A stretch of 26,400 nucleotides of DNA from a virus (taxonomy: Duplodnaviria; Caudoviricetes). The translations under genes and the position numbers were made by a program. Under the pieces are notes generated by a model that worked only from the letters and a program-made list of their open reading frames with translations, ran no database searches and was not told the DNA's origin. The stretch lies in IMG/VR virus record IMGVR_UViG_3300002307_000199, positions 1 through 26,400 of that record. One strand, given 5' to 3'. Below are positions 25,424-26,400 of the stretch, piece after piece (the stretch's first letter is position 1; every line of letters begins with the position of its first letter).

Positions 25424-25659
25424 TACCACATCTTTAGCATATCAATAATGCAATCGATTTCTTCTATAAATTCTAAGTTGCCGTCGTGTTTCTTTTTAAT
25501 TTCTTCCAAGCGTGCTATGGCATCATCTGAATTTTTAAATGTTTCCGAATGAATTACTTCATTCATGGTTTTAAATCCGTCCATAACTTCCCTTTCGCAT
25601 TGAGGACATACGCCCTCGTGATTTGTTTGATGTTTAAAACATTGTTTATAGTGTTCCAT
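25423..25659 (-). CDS. Hypothetical protein (78 aa)
   Basis: TAATG-coupled on both sides; CFKH..CPQC possible metal site. Confidence 0.65.
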   Translation of the reverse strand: MEHYKQCFKHQTNHEGVCPQCEREVMDGFKTMNEVIHSETFKNSDDAIARLEEIKKKHDGNLEFIEEIDCIIDMLKMW

Positions 25660-26012
25660 TAGCCAATCTTTATATTATTAGGAAAATGTTCTTTCATTAA
25701 TTCATCGCAACTTTTATCCCCTTGTGGATAATTCTTTTTTAATCCTGAGCACATACTACAAGTCTCGGCAGGCTCATCAAGAAAGAAATTGCACCATACA
25801 TGATGTTTTCCTAATTCAGCCATGCGTTTTTCTGCCCACTCGTTATATCGCTTTCTCGCCAATTCTTTAGCCAATTCATCAATCTGTTCATCAGTCTCAT
25901 TACCACTTATTTGTGGCGCATTTTTCCAATGAACCTTGTCAATATCAATTCCATTAAACGCACGTTCTTTAGAATAAGGCATTACAGATTCTTGGTCATC
26001 ACGTTTCTTCAT
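25659..26012 (-). CDS. Hypothetical protein (117 aa)
   Basis: ATGA-coupled; HHVWC..CSMC possible metal site. Confidence 0.65.
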   Translation of the reverse strand: MKKRDDQESVMPYSKERAFNGIDIDKVHWKNAPQISGNETDEQIDELAKELARKRYNEWAEKRMAELGKHHVWCNFFLDEPAETCSMCSGLKKNYPQGDKSCDELMKEHFPNNIKIG

Positions 26013-26236
26013 TTTAACATCCTATTCTTAATTATTTCGTGAATTTTTGGTCTATATTCAGGCGGAACATTATCATCCACAATCCCCCAAGCAATCATCG
26101 TAGCTTGTGTCCATGCTTCAAGCCAAATAGCCTTTGGGTCGGTTAAAAATTCTTCTTCGGCTTTGGCTACCTTTAATAGTTTAACCCAATCATCATAGGC
26201 TTCTTCTTGTTTTTCTTTTACAAATCCAATTAACAT
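26009..26236 (-). CDS. Hypothetical protein (75 aa)
   Basis: AAGG/GAGG upstream; overlaps both neighbours in the coupled array. Confidence 0.65.
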   Translation of the reverse strand: MLIGFVKEKQEEAYDDWVKLLKVAKAEEEFLTDPKAIWLEAWTQATMIAWGIVDDNVPPEYRPKIHEIIKNRMLK

Positions 26237-26400
26237 TCCTCAACCTTTCTATACAGTTTAATCCACCTGTCATCGTTTAACACTTTTTCACCAACTGTCG
26301 CAGTAAATTGATAACCATGCTCGTCATGCCAGACTGCGCCATAAAGTTCGTATTGTTTTTTACCTTCAGCAATACCATTCCAATAGCCTGTTGCGTATAT
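26230..26400 (-). CDS. 3' end of a hypothetical protein entering from the right edge
   Basis: Open frame ...IYATGYWNGIAEGKK...LYRKVEEC-stop, overlapping the next start. Confidence 0.55.
   Translation of the reverse strand: MYATGYWNGIAEGKKQYELYGAVWHDEHGYQFTATVGEKVLNDDRWIKLYRKVEEC

Noticed and set aside
1-26400. Alternative genetic code, tRNAs, integrase, IS elements, introns/inteins, DGR
   Set aside because: The standard code gives dense coupled ORFs using all three stops. TerL, portal and MCP are uninterrupted, and I saw no such signatures by eye.

Overview
The window is the packaging, head and start-of-tail region of an AT-rich tailed dsDNA phage (Caudoviricetes). Every credible gene is on the minus strand. 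Read right to left, it has small hypothetical ORFs, two self-contained promoter-hairpin-ORF-terminator cassettes, TerS and TerL, a 1376-aa modular protein and the portal. These are followed by a GroES-like co-chaperonin, scaffold, decoration protein, major capsid protein, a His/Lys-rich protein, a head-tail adaptor and several Thr/Ser/Gly-rich fibre-like proteins. The gene order resembles uncultured aquatic podovirus-like phages (from memory, not a search). The most striking signal is a shared [K/A]-x-Gly-Gly motif, often bipartite (hydrophobic-K-x-GG...hydrophobic-A-x-GG). It occurs about 30 times in four otherwise dissimilar head-region proteins and sits at apparent module boundaries. This suggests an undescribed di-glycine polyprotein-processing or capsid-targeting system; no recognisable prohead protease is visible in the window. 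All product calls come from motif recognition and synteny, not database searches.
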